Origin: Octopus sinensis
Lineage: Eukaryota
Direction: 5' to 3'
Assembly (NCBI RefSeq): GCF_006345805.1
Contig: NC_042998.1
Location: 144,646,001-144,710,000, forward strand
DNA length: 64,000 nt
Below are positions 27,748-40,659 of the stretch, piece after piece; position 1 is the first letter of the stretch, and each line of letters begins with the position of its first letter. A program made the position numbers and the translations under genes. The notes beneath the pieces are model-generated. The model was not told the DNA's origin, did not search any database, and saw nothing but the letters and a program-made list of their open reading frames with translations.

Positions 27748-27833
<86 letters not shown>
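27748..27833. repeat. (GA)n microsatellite
   Basis: About 43 uninterrupted GA units. Confidence 0.97.
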
Positions 27834-27839
<6 letters not shown>

Positions 27840-29040
27840 TGCACACAGAAAAAGAGAGGAAGGTACAATGGAAGCTACAAATTTCCATACTCCACAAAAA
27901 TACAGGAACTCCTGAACCAGAGTCCTAATATCACATGCAATTTAAAGTCATACCTAGAACACACATAAACAAACACACAAAGAGGCTTTGAAAAGTTTCT
28001 GTTGAGCCAATTCTCTTACAAAGCATTGGCTGGCCCAAAGTGCTACATAATAGGACTGACCTAATTCTAAAATTACATGTATATTCTAATGGAAAAATAC
28101 ATGGTAGCGAATCCCTAGAGCATAACAAGTATAATTTAAGCAAAAATTAGCTAAGTGGTATGTATAAATGTAAAAATTGTAAACATTCTTTATTAGAATT
28201 AGTGAAAATGTTGACGAATATATATATATATATTTATATAGATAAAGAATGAAACTGCAATAAGGTTTCAGAAATTCGACTCATCTATGAACATGTATAT
28301 CTATTTTGTTGGTATTATTCATATTTCCACATTTGATTCCTAATGCTAATCATTTTTAGGATATTTTCTTGTATTGTAGTACTCACTTGCTTAGTAAATA
28401 TTGCTTTCATTATTTTATCAGTCATAATCTCGCTTTTTTAAACAAACATCAAGGTAGTCCGACTATGTTTAATGTGCCAAAAAATAGCAGCGATCACATA
28501 GATATATTTTAATACCTATAACGTATCAAATAGCCATAGCAACAAATTCACTTGCTAATTCTTAGATAACGATGGAAAGGAAATAAGTCACATGAGTTCA
28601 AAGCTTTAGTAAGTTTTAATAAGTTGCCCAATATAATTTATTTTCAGTATATATATAAACAATAAACTGAAGGCATTTACGCAGCGAATTTAAGCCAACA
28701 AAATACCTGATTTCTCATCTGAAATAATGAAATAAAACTTGAAATGAAAAAAATTGCAATGAATATATATAAAGTACATTATTATTAATGAAAACAATTC
28801 GAAGTAGGAGAGAGAGAAAGTGAGAGACTGTGTTGCAAATGAAAACGAAAAATTTTGCCAGAACATATTAATAGTTTATCAAATGTTAAAACCTTCTCAG
28901 CAGTGAATGTAAAACTTGGCAACAAATATTTAAATTTGTGATAGTAAATAATAACAGATGCTTTGAAAGTGCCTTTTTATCGATATATATCAACAGAAGA
29001 ATTTATAAAAATTTTCCAGAGAGTCAAACCTATAATATGG

Positions 29041-29330
29041 TATTATGGAGGGTGTGACAAACTAACTAATGGACATCACAGAAATTTATATGTATCAGGT
29101 CATTCCAAGCTATTAGATCTTCTGTGATGTGATCTTTGCAATGTGGGGTCGCGCATTGTCCTCATGAAACATCACTCCTTTTCAATTCACTTTTTTTTCT
29201 TCAAAGCTTGGTTCAAACCCTCTAATTGCTGACAGTAGACTTGAGATTGTTGCATTAGGTGGTAACAATTCAAAGTGAATTACTCCTTTGCAATCACAAG
29301 CCAAATCACTTCTTCATAAAAAAAAAAAAA
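29041..29330 (-). mobile_element. mariner transposase remnant
   Basis: Minus strand 29138-29170 reads FHEDNARPHIA; boundaries approximate. Confidence 0.65.
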
Positions 29331-30380
29331 ATTATACTGGTATATTAAAGAATTTTCATTTTATCAAAAATATTCATTTAACTCCAGAAACTGAAGATAT
29401 TCTTGAAATTGTGCCTTGTATGAAAGTTATATAGCTATTATTAAATTATCATTAATGAAAATAGAGGCGAGCAAGAATGAGAAACTCTTGCAAATAGAAA
29501 TGTAAAATCTTGCCTGCAATGAATTAATATTGTTTATTATTAAACATTAAAATCTACTCCACAGTGAATGCAATGAATATTTAAATTTATGAAGAATTGG
29601 ACACAGTGAATGTAATGAATATTTAAATTTGTGAGAATTTGGAGTTTAAAAAAAATTCAATAAACTTCAGAAATCGAAATCATAGGAAATTTCTTAGAAC
29701 ATGAATTTATAAAAATATTCCCAGATGGTCAAGCTTTTAATATTGCTTTCTTTTAGTAATTGTTACATACCTAATTAATAAGTAACTTTCTCCATTATAG
29801 TATAGTTGCACTATCATACATAACAATGTTTGCTTGTTTAACACCAATTTTTCTATTCTAGCATTGGTTATTTGAGGAATTATTCAAAGCTAGATTCTAC
29901 AACTAGATGTTCTTGTGACTGAACCTTACGTTTTGAGTAAGAGTTATTTTTATTTCACAGGCTTTTGAAAGGACAGAGAGCAACCAGTCATCATGTCAAC
30001 AAAGAGTGTCAACAATCATCACTGCTTTGTTCATGTAGTGATGAGTTTAAAACATCAACATTCACACAAACACACATGGATGATGCTGATGGGCTTGCTG
30101 CAGCTTCTACCTACCAGATAACAAATTCATTCACAAGGCATTGGCTGGTCTCAGGCCATACTAGAAGACACCCACTTTAAAGTACCAGGCATTAGGAATG
30201 AACCTGAAACACCACGGTTATGGAAGAAACTGCTAAACTACACAGCTATGCCTGTGTTTATTGCAGCTGTGTACATTACAACACTGGTTACTCATAAAAA
30301 AAGAATTAAATGGATTGGTCCAGGGAAGATAACTAAGAACTATGAAGGCAAATAGTTAAAAATTAAAGAGAAGCAAATAC

Positions 30381-30490
30381 CTTATTGTAGTCCAGTCAGA
30401 TTCTTTTTGTTCATATTGTTTAATAATACCCTCATAGTCAATGACTTGGAGTTCCAGTTCTTTACACACAGATTTCAGGTTGTCTGCAGC
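30381..30490 (-). CDS. CIT: CIT coiled-coil exon (AADNLKSVCKELELQVIDYEGIIKQYEQKESDWTTI-R)
   Basis: gacag acceptor, gtattt donor, 110 nt, phase 0 to 2; resembles the citron LK..C..LE.QV.D.E segment. Confidence 0.9.
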
Positions 30491-31615
30491 CTGTCAACAA
30501 CACAAATATACAAATAGGTTATAGGTGTCTTGATAGGTCACTAAATAATACATGTAATAATTTGTTGTGCTTTTATTCAATATAGTGGAAGCAGCATAAA
30601 AGTATACACACCCTTCTTTCCATATCACACTGATGCTGAAGGTCTTGAATTTCATGTAGCAGAGATTGCCGTTCCATATTTATAGAATGCTTCTCTTTCT
30701 CGGAATGCTTGTATTTGTCCTCATATTCCTATAAAATGCATCGAATATAACACCATCATTTTTGTTCCAACATCCATTTTTCCATGCATGCATGGGTCCA
30801 ACATAATACACTAGGGTAGAGTTTTGTGGCCAAATGTCCCTTCCTATCACCAACCTTCACCTGTTCCTAAACAAAGTAATATTTTCCTATGACTGCATGT
30901 AGTTTCGTGCAAAACTGGAAACAAATGGCACTACTTGTAAGGAGTTGCTTGGTTACAACTAACATACAATGTGAAGACAAGGGAACCACAAACCAGACAT
31001 CTTCAAACACATATTTCACTATTTTCCTATATAATAGAGGCGACAATCATCTAGGTATGTGGTCGGCTGTAAGTAGACACTGTTGAATGAAACCAAAATG
31101 CATTTGACATTCTCACTAGCTGCTACTAGAACAATTTTCATGTCCTCCTAATATGTTTTTGAACAAAGTATGTCCATAAGAGATGTTATCTCTGGATAAA
31201 TACCACGGTAAATTTGCCTTTCAAGGAAGTATTTACATGAAGTGTGATACAGAGATGGCATTTTAAATTGAATACTGCTTCTATTGCATATAATGGATTA
31301 TTATCATTGTTAGCATTATGAACAGTTTTTCTTTGGTAGTTTCATATGAATTTGTGGCACCACCATGTTTCTGATGAATGTGCAGCATTCTTATTTTTGT
31401 GGGGATCACAGTGCAGACTCCTCCTGGTGGTGTACTGCACCAGTTTGTTCTGTTAGGGCTTTAATTTGTCTTGTTATGTTACTGTGTGTAATGTGAATTG
31501 TATTATTTTATTTTATTGAGCTTTAATCTTGTACAGTATATGTTGTGCAAGTTGAATTGTTTTGGATTATTAGATGCTTGTTGTGTAGGGTGTGTGTTGT
31601 GCGTGAAGAGTTATT

Positions 31616-31770
31616 CTATTGAATTAATAGTGCCTTGTGCAAGATGCAGACTGTTCCTAGAAGAGCTATTTTTGGGGCAGTATGTAGTTTTTTGAGTTCT
31701 GGCATGGTGTCTATGTTTGTTTCGAGATTTTTTTAAACCATGCCTAATGCTCCAAGATACTAATGGTACT
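31616..31770 (-). mobile_element. Degenerate 3' end of a Dong/R4-like (REL-endonuclease) non-LTR retrotransposon
   Basis: Translates as LGALGMV*KNLETNIDTMPELKKLHTAPKIALLGTVCILHKALLIQ*, matching the GALG...LLGT..IL..L C-terminal signature of the R4/Dong clade. Confidence 0.6.
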
Positions 31771-32803
31771 GTTTTTACTCTCATACCTCAAGAACGAAAG
31801 GTAAAGCTGCCCTCAGTGACATCTGAATACAATATAAAGTCAGAAATGTTGCTAAGCATTTTGTCTGATGTCGTAAAGATTCTGTCAGCTTGCTGCCATT
31901 AAGTTGTTTCAAATTTAGGTACAAGCCAGCAATTTCATGAGGAGGGACTACTCAATTACACTGACCCCAGTACTCAACTGGAGAAGGGGCTAGTTGATTA
32001 CGTTACCCCCAGTACTTGACTAGTACTCAATTTATTAATCCTGAAAGGATGAAAGTTGACCTGAATGAGCTGGAAGAAATACTCAAAGCATTTTGTCCAG
32101 TGTGGGAAAAATGCTGCCAGCTCACTGCTTTATTAATAATAGTAAAGGTTTCACATTTTGATACAAGGCCAGCAATTCTAAGTGAAGGGTGTTAGTTGAT
32201 ACTACTGACCACAGCAGTTGACTGGTTCTTTATTTTATCAATCCTGGATGGATGAAAGACAAAGTTGACCTCAGCAGAATTTAAACTCTGAACATAAAGA
32301 GATGGAGGAAGTGCTGGTAAGTATTTTGTCCAATGCATTAGTGGTTCTGCCAACTTGTTGCTGTAATAATAGTTTTTTCTAACATTGGCACAAGACCAGC
32401 AATTTTGAGAGGAGGGTGCAAGTTAATTATATTGACCCCAGTACTTGATTGGTACTCTATTTTATCAACCCTGAAAGATTATAAAGCAAAGTAAACTTCA
32501 GTGACATTTGAACTCAGAATGCAAAGTGCTGGAAGAAATGCTGTAAAGCATTTCATCAGACATTCTAATGATTTTGCTAGCTTGCTGCTTCATAATAATC
32601 TTTTTCTTTCTACTATAGGCACAAAGCTTGAAATTTGAGGAGAAGGGACTCATCACTTTCATTAACCATAGTGCCCTAACTGGTACTTCTCACTGCCTTA
32701 ATAATAATAATACACAAAACATTATAGCAATGATTTCTAGCAATCAGTTCCCAGAAATGTTTTAATTATATACATCTATTATAATAATGAATCCATAACT
32801 TAC

Positions 32804-32887
32804 TCTGTATGTTCGGACAGCCTTTTCTTCTTTGGATTTATATAATTTCACTTCATTTAACAAGTGTGAGTTGGTTGTTTGAAGGCT
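32804..32887 (-). CDS. CIT: CIT coiled-coil exon (SLQTTNSHLLNEVKLYKSKEEKAVRTYR)
   Basis: tttcag acceptor, gtaagt donor, 84 nt, phase 0-0. Confidence 0.85.
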
Positions 32888-33330
32888 CTGAAATGAATTA
32901 AAAATGGAAAATAAAATAAAAAAAGAAGCATCATCTGTGTAATACATGTTAGTACAAATAGATTCTTTTCATTTATTTTTTACTTGTTTTTATCATTTGA
33001 GCGTGGCCATGCTGGGGCACAACCTTGAAAGGTTTAGTCAATACAATGAATCTTGGTACTTGCATATATATATTTTTAAAGTTTGGAGCTTATTTATTTG
33101 ATCAGTGACTTTTTTTGGGCAAAAAGAGACTGATAGAATAAATTCCAGTAAACAAACACATACAAATGTGAACACACACACACGAACAAGAATCTGCACA
33201 ATTAACAAATTCACTGACAAGGCTACAGAAGATACTTGCCCAAAGCGTTGCACAGTGGAACTGAACCCAAAACTAAGTGGTAGTGAGGGTAACTTCTAAA
33301 CCATGCAGCCAGCATAGTGTATATCATTAA

Positions 33331-34416
33331 CCCTTTCGTTACTATATTTCTGACCAAAATACACCCCTTATGTGTTTCAATTAATTTCTAACGTAATCAT
33401 AAATTTAGTCTGGTTTCATTAAACAACTATAACTTTTTTATTTATCAATATATTAATCTGATTTTTGAAAGATAATTTAATGAAATATTCTCAACCAATT
33501 CTATACTATAATTTTTGTCACAGAGTGACTCTAATTGCAGGTAGATACAGGTAAATTCAACAAAATATAAAATTATTAAAATTTTGTTCAAACATCGCTA
33601 TAGAAAATGGGTTATTAGCTAATATTCAATTGGGTATACAACAAAATTTTACGATAGAATTTGTTATTCTGGGTAACTTTCTGATACCCATAATAATATT
33701 TATGGCAAAATAGTCTTAATTTCATTTAAGGTTGTGGGAAACCACAAACTATCGTTTCTTTCGCTTTGTTTACGTTTAGCATAACGGTTCATTTCCGCCG
33801 TAATGATTTCAAATAGGCTCATTCGAAAAAGTAAAAAGAAATAGTCTAAGGCTTTACTCTCCTGGGAAAGTCTGTGGCTTGGTCCAGTTTCTTCAGAAAA
33901 ATCACCGAAAGAAACAGTTTTAAAATTTTCACTCCATTCAGGTGCCAATTCATTTTCTTTATCGCTGTCGGAGATCTCGGATTCACTGTTTTCACTTTCG
34001 GAAAATGAAACATCAGATTCATTATCAAATACCACATGCTTTTTTTTTTCAGTCATAGAGTTAGATTTATGAAGGTCTTCAGTAGAAAATCCTTCGAATT
34101 CTGACTCGCTGCTTGATATAATGAAATTCGTATCCATTTTTTGTCAGAATTACAAATTTTGAAAACACAATAGGAACAAATTTTGGAAAAAAATCTCCCA
34201 AAATTCACGGAATTAAAATTACACTTCGATTATTGTACAAAACTGTAGTTGAACTGTTTACGAAGTATAATACGTGTTTTCACGAATGTACTAAAGAGAT
34301 TTGCTCTGATATTCTCATTTAAATATGAATAGGTAAATTCGGGCGGCTTTGGGCAGTTTGGTCACATTAACCAAAATTTTTTTCGGGCGGCTTTGGGCGG
34401 TTTGGTAACGAAAGGG
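33331..34416 (-). mobile_element. piggyBac internal-deletion derivative retaining the transposase N-terminus
   Basis: TTAA TSDs at 33327-33330 and 34417-34420; perfect 12-bp TIR CCCTTTCGTTAC; 25-bp subterminal direct repeats at 34338-34362 and 34382-34406; ORF 33700-34137 acidic N-terminus followed by GP...LDYFFLLF..II..EMNRYA...W.PTT..EIK. Confidence 0.9.
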
Positions 34417-35316
34417 TTAAGCTAGAATCATTCATCAGTGTTGGCTGGATATACTTGTACATAAGTATCTCATTTAAAGTTGAAGCAAGAAGCTGACTGT
34501 ATTTCTTTTAAGGTCAATAAAAGTTGCAGAGAGTATTTTGGTGAGGGTCAACAATATTCATAGGTTAATCTTACAGTTGGTGTTTTAGGGCTAACACAAA
34601 GGGTCTTACATATATCTAGTGAATATTTTCTACAAGAGAATAATTTCTTCATTATCAGTGTCATTTCAATGTCCATTTTTCTATGCTTGCATGAGTCAGT
34701 TTATTCAAGCATATCTTCTATAGCCGGATGCCTTTCCTATCACTAACTCCCATCTATTTTCAAGTAAGGTAATATTTCTTCATGTCTAGACATGCTTTCA
34801 TAGAATATTGGTAATGAATGACATTGCTGCTCTGAGAGTAACAATCGTTCACAACTATTATACAATTCAAGGCAAGGAGACACAAATAGAAACACATCCA
34901 CACATACAAACATATAATACATACATACATATACAACAGGTTTCTTTGTTTCCACCTACCAAAACCACTCACCAAGCTTTGGCTGGCTCACAACTATAGA
35001 AGTAGACACTTGCCCAAATTGTTACTCTGAGGAATTGAACCCCAAACTAAAGTTCTTAAACACATAGCTGCACTTGAACCACTTTGAGAAAGAGTTACTA
35101 GATGTATGAGACAAGATTTACTTTGAAACATGTTACTAGGAAAAAGTAAACCATAAATCATCACCCCTAAATAGTGCCCTTGTCTACCCTATGTTAACAT
35201 GGAAAAACTGAGAAATGAATGAACAAGATGAAGAAAAGTTTAGAACAAATGATTAGATATGTAGCAATGTGTATTGAATTTCTTTTTTTTACCATCAGTG
35301 TTTGATGTGAAACTAG

Positions 35317-35353
<37 letters not shown>

Positions 35354-36209
35354 ACTAGCAGCAAACATCTTAAGTGATATATGTTGTAGAATATAAGGTC
35401 ATATTTCAGTCTGCCACAGAACCCACCAAATATATGTGTAACATCAATAGTTTTCTCAGGCACCAATCAATGTTATTAGCTTCTTCAGTTAGATGTTATG
35501 TAATATTACATTATGGAACAGTAAACTTGATCACAGCCATCTAAATCAACATAGGAATACTTTCACATGTTAATACCAGTTTGTTTTCTTAAGCAGTTAT
35601 ATCTTTTAGACTATATTCATCTTCATCAGTTTATGTCTACAGTCAGTCAGCATGTATTCAAGGATACAACTCACCTAGACAGGTCAAAGGACTTCATCTT
35701 GCATGGTTTCTACTGCTAGATGTCTAACCTAGCATAATCATTTTATAGACAAATGTATTCAGTGCTTTCTTTGTGGCACCAACACTAAAGAGGTAGCCAT
35801 ATCTTTGACAAGATTAATGCTTCCTCACAACCTTACACTTTACAGAGTGTACTGAAGATGGTTTTTGTGCAACACCAACAACAAAAAGCTTGAATGTTCT
35901 CAACCCAAGTAAAGGGACCCACTTCTTCAAACATAATTCCTATGCTTTATGATGTGTTTCCTAATTTTCCTCATATCTTAATTGCAATGGCTATAATGCA
36001 CTATAAGATGATTTGTTCTGTAAATGGAAAAAAATATAGATAAATAGACTAAGACAGCATGTTTGGTTTTAAATTCACCGAGGTCTTAAGATGTGATTGG
36101 GATTCAATCACAATCTTTTGGTTGTTGGCTTTCACATGTTTTCTGAGGAGGATATAACTTCAAAACTATTCTGGAACAAAGCTAAAACTACTTTTTTTTC
36201 TATCTTTCT

Positions 36210-36490
36210 CATCATCATCATCCTTTAGCGTCCATTTTCCATGCTAGCATGGGTTGGACGGTTTAACTGGGGTCTGTGAAGCCGGAAGGTTTCATCAGGC
36301 CCAGTCAGATTTGGCAGTGTTTCTACGGCTGGATGCCCTTCCTAACGCCAACCACTCCGCGAGTGTAGTGGGTGCTTTTTACGTGCCACCTGCACAGGTG
36401 CCAGACAGAGCTGGCACAACGGCCACGAACGGATGGTGCTTTTACGTGTCACCGGCACGGGGCCAGCCGAGGCTGGCAACGAACACGAGC
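36210..36490 (-). mobile_element. Young SINE or RTE 3' fragment with RTE-type tail (exemplar)
   Basis: CpG-retaining copy ending ccaacccatgctagcatggaaaatggacgctaaaggatgatgatgatga, the same tail as the RTE LINE at 4712. Confidence 0.75.
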
Positions 36491-39400
36491 GGACTTTTAA
36501 ACTTAATTCTGTGTCTAACAATGCAAGTAACACACGTAATTTATCTTTCTTATAGTTTCATTAATTAGTTAACTTGATTCAAATGAAGATTATATATCAG
36601 TCTCTCTTAACCTTTTTGTTACCATACCTCTGATGAAATAACCACCTTTCCTCCTCCTCATTGCTGTTTTAATGTCCACTTTTTCATACTTGCATTCAAT
36701 GGTTGACAGAATTTTATTGAGGCAAATTTTCTACAGCTGGATGCCTTTCTTGTCACCAACATTTGCCTGTTTTCAAGGAAGGTAATATTACCCTATGCCC
36801 AGATATGCTTATCCAAAATACTAGAAATAAATGACACTACTTTTATGTCAGAGACCCATTTTTACAGCTATGACACTATGTTGAAGTGGGGAGACACCCT
36901 TCTCCAATGCACATGATGGGTTTCCTTTAGTTTCTGTTCACAAAATCCACTTGCAAGATTTTGGTCAGGCTGAGGCTAAAGCAGAAGAGATTTGCCCATG
37001 ATACCATGCAGTGGAACTGAACCCAAATTTACTATGTGGTTGGGAAGCGAACCTCTTAAACGCACAGTCATGTCTGTACTTTTCCAATAAATTTTGGAAA
37101 TAATGTAGAATTTAATAAATAACCATGTCATTATCAAGATGGTGTTTGAAAAAGATTTAACAATAAATTTTGATGCAAGATTTAATTTAGATCACTTTAA
37201 ATGGGAAGTTTGCATCTTAGTACCAGAGGTGATTTGAGGCAGGTTGTTATCAAAGTTAATAGGAGAGAAAAAAAAAATCTCTATACTACTTCCATGCAAC
37301 TAGAGTTTAGGAGTTTTCAGATGAAATTTTGTTACCAAAGCCATGATGACATGTGGCTGTGTCTTGACAAACTTATGAATCAAGTTGCCATCAATAATAG
37401 ATCAATATTATTTTCTGTATATATGTAATTTCAGCAGCAAATAACAGCTGCTATGGAGGCAGCAATAGTAAATACACACACTACGCAACTTTGATGACAG
37501 TGATGAGATGGTATTCTCCTCTTTAATCCTTAAGTTATCTGCTGCCTATTAATTAAAGAGGCTACTGCAGGGTATTTGTTATTTTAAGAAACCATTGAAT
37601 GTTCAAACACTTTCTCAGAGATATAGTCACTTTAGGCAGAATTGTTAGAATTCTGGACAAAATTTCTGTTTGTAATTCAGGCACAAGGCTAGAGGGAGGG
37701 GATTAGTTGGTTCTAATGACCTCAGTACTTGATTGGTACTTTATTTCATCGACCTCAGAGAGATGAAAGGCAAACTTGACTTTGGTAGGATCTGAACTCA
37801 GAATATAAAGAAGCAGACAAAATGCTTGCAACATTTAAAATACTTCACTTTAGTTTCTGAGTTCTAATCCTGCCAAAGTTAACTTTATCTTTTTCCTGTC
37901 TGGGTTTGACAAAATAATATCTCAAGCAAGTACTTTTAAAAGCATATTCAATGTAAATGGAAACAACAGATTAACTACAGCATTTCATTCTTTACATCGG
38001 GGTTGGGCATGCAACACGTTATACTCCAGAAATGATAGTAACTACCAATCTGCTCCAAACCCCACCATCTCTCTCATGGGAGACCATTCTGACCAACATG
38101 GTTTACACCAAAGAAAACTACTAATAAGCTGCTACTGTACCATTACTTTGCAATTAACTATTTTCTGTATCACTATAGTTTTTAACTACGTATAATAAAT
38201 TACTTAAACATTCCTATAGGATTTCAAGTAGTAGTTTTAATAACAATAATAATGGTTTGGGATTTAGGCACAAAGTCAGCAATTTTGTGGAGGAGGTGTG
38301 GTTGGGGTTAGTCTATATCACTGATTTCAATACTTAACTGGAACTTAATTTTGTCATCCCTGAGAGGATGAAAGACAAAGTTACTCACTGGTATTTGAAC
38401 TCAGAATGTAAAGCACTAGAGGAAATAACCTATGGCATTTTTCTGATGCTCAGCTGACTTTGCCAGCTCTACACCTTTGATGCTAGTGATGATGATAATC
38501 ATAATAATAATTGTTTCAATTTTTGGCAGGACAGCAATTTTGGGGGTGGTGGTAGTGGAAATGGATTACATTAATACCAGTATATTTAACTGGTACTTTA
38601 CTTACAACCCCAAAAAGGACAAAAGGCAAAGTTCACCATGGCAGGATTTGAACAAAGAACATGAAGTGTGGAAAGAAATGCTGTTCAGTATCTTGTTCGA
38701 TGCACTAATTATTCTGTCAGCTCATAATAATATAATAATAATAGTAATAATAATAATTTCTAATAATTTTTAACCCACATTTGACTGTTGATGCAGACAG
38801 GCATGGCTGAATGGTTAACAAGTTTATTTTACAACCAAAAGGTTCTGCGTTCAATCCCGCAACATAACATGTTTGATAAGTGCCTATACCACAGCCTTAG
38901 ATCAAGCCAAATCTTGTGAGAAAACCTTGGTGGACGAAAACTGTATGGAAGCCTGTTGGGTGGATTGCAACAGTAATTCAAAGTTCCAGTCTTGTCACAC
39001 ATGTGTCATAGTGATTCTACCGGAGAATTACCGCCCCCCCAGGTTACCTATGTCTGTGGAATACTCAACCACTTTGCATGCTAAATCAATGAGCTGACTT
39101 CATTATTTGAACTCAGAACATAGTCAAGATAAATTTTCATAAAAATAACAACAAAAGCAATAATAATAATAATTATAATAATAATAATAATGATGATTTC
39201 TTGGAGAGACAGAAGGACACATTTTATCGTTTTAATTTAGATCATTTTAAAGCAGAAAGTTTGTATCAATGAAGCAGAAGCAGTCTTAGTTAGGCTGGTA
39301 CCAAAAGGATTAAAATAAGTTAGACAGGGGAAGAGGAGCCATACTAATGATGTTCACAGGCTCAGTTAGTGTTGTTGGAGGTGGTGGTGGTGGGAATTTG

Positions 39401-39739
39401 GTGTTGTTAATGTTCATCTTTAACATTTGCAAGTCAATGTTTCTAGGAAAAGTTTGAATGAGGAAGGAATGTCAGACGGTTAGTTCTAAGAAGTGAGAAA
39501 CAGTGAGGGTGGCAGGAGAAGAGGGAGAAGTTGTGGATGGGACTGAGTGGAAATGGTACCCAACAGAGTACCTTGAAAAAGTAAAACATCCAATGAAGGT
39601 TACAGAAATGGAGATAAGCTCTAGCATTGTAGATTGTTAAGATTGAGAACAACAAGAGATACACTTCTAGCGTATACTATTTCAAGAGATTTACTAAGAA
39701 TATGAGTTATGAGTGCGTATAAAGGCATTAAAAAATTAC

Positions 39740-39832
39740 CTGGTAAGCATCCAAAAGGGCTCCTACATCCACATTGTGGGCAGACGGTAGCTCAAAACGT
39801 GCCTGCATTTTCCACTGTACATTCTTAATAAC
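39740..39832 (-). CDS. CIT: Probable CIT exon, possibly alternative (VIKNVQWKMQARFELPSAHNVDVGALLDAYQ)
   Basis: caag acceptor, CAG|gtaatt donor, 93 nt, open, phase 0-0. It is the only candidate I found between 41329 and 32887. The polypyrimidine tract is atypical. Confidence 0.65.
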
Positions 39833-40284
39833 CTTGAAGTGCACGCATGCGTTAAAACCCAACACCAACAACAACACAACAGTAAACACCAGAGGAATTA
39901 CTGAACGTAATATCTTAAAAGTTTAGATTTCAAACTTTAGTTATGTTAATAGAGAAATGTAATGAGAATTAGATACAAGAGGTGTTAGGTTGTCAGTAAA
40001 AAAAAATACAGTTTCCCCACTCCACTTCCTCCACTCCTCCAGCCATCAACTCTAAGACTTAAAAGCAAAACTTGAAGGGTTGGGAAGAGCTCAGTGGAGA
40101 GGAAGAGATTGGAGTCTTGGAATCAATAATGACAGATGATCCATAATTGCTTCATTTCACACCAAACAAGTAAAATATTCACTCAGGTGTTGAACATTGA
40201 TTTTCATACTAGTATGAGAGTATATATATACACGCATATGTATGTATGTGTGTGTATATATATATATATGCACACACACATACA

Positions 40285-40319
<35 letters not shown>

Positions 40320-40659
40320 CACACGCACACAAACGTATGTGTACATATATACACTTGCATGCACATATTGAACATATATTTCACATACGATAAGGATGTT
40401 TGCATGCTTGTGACACACACACACATACACACACACAGGTGTATTCAGAGAAAACACACAAGGTAAGAGAAATAATCAAGTCGAATGACATGGGGAGGGG
40501 AGCAGGAAGTAGTTTGTAGAAGAGCAAGTTGAGTTGAGTTGTGGCACCTAGGTTACTGACTGATTCTTGGCAGAAACAGTGATGTAAAGAAACTGTGCAA
40601 GAACCAGATATATCAGAATGCAGTGAAGAATCAAGTTCAGTTTAAAGTGTAAGTAATGC

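Noticed and set aside
27706-27915. ORFs with (ER)n/(SL)n, (YI)n/(HT)n or His runs here and at 16003-17682 and 40136-41069
   Set aside because: They are translations of microsatellites and low-complexity tracts.
29560-29645. Two-copy tandem repeat of about 41 bp
   Set aside because: A small, diverged local duplication with no evident function.
31787-31822. Perfect-looking 36-nt phase 0-0 exon (MSLRAALPFVLE) on the minus strand
   Set aside because: It lies inside a decayed SINE family 1 copy. The flanking exons join sensibly without it, and the splice signals are probably fortuitous.
33700-34200. Possible exon-trap fusion of the co-oriented piggyBac ORF to CIT (CSB-PGBD3 style)
   Set aside because: The only nearby AG acceptors enter the ORF in phase 2 while the host intron is phase 0, and the transposase lacks its catalytic core.
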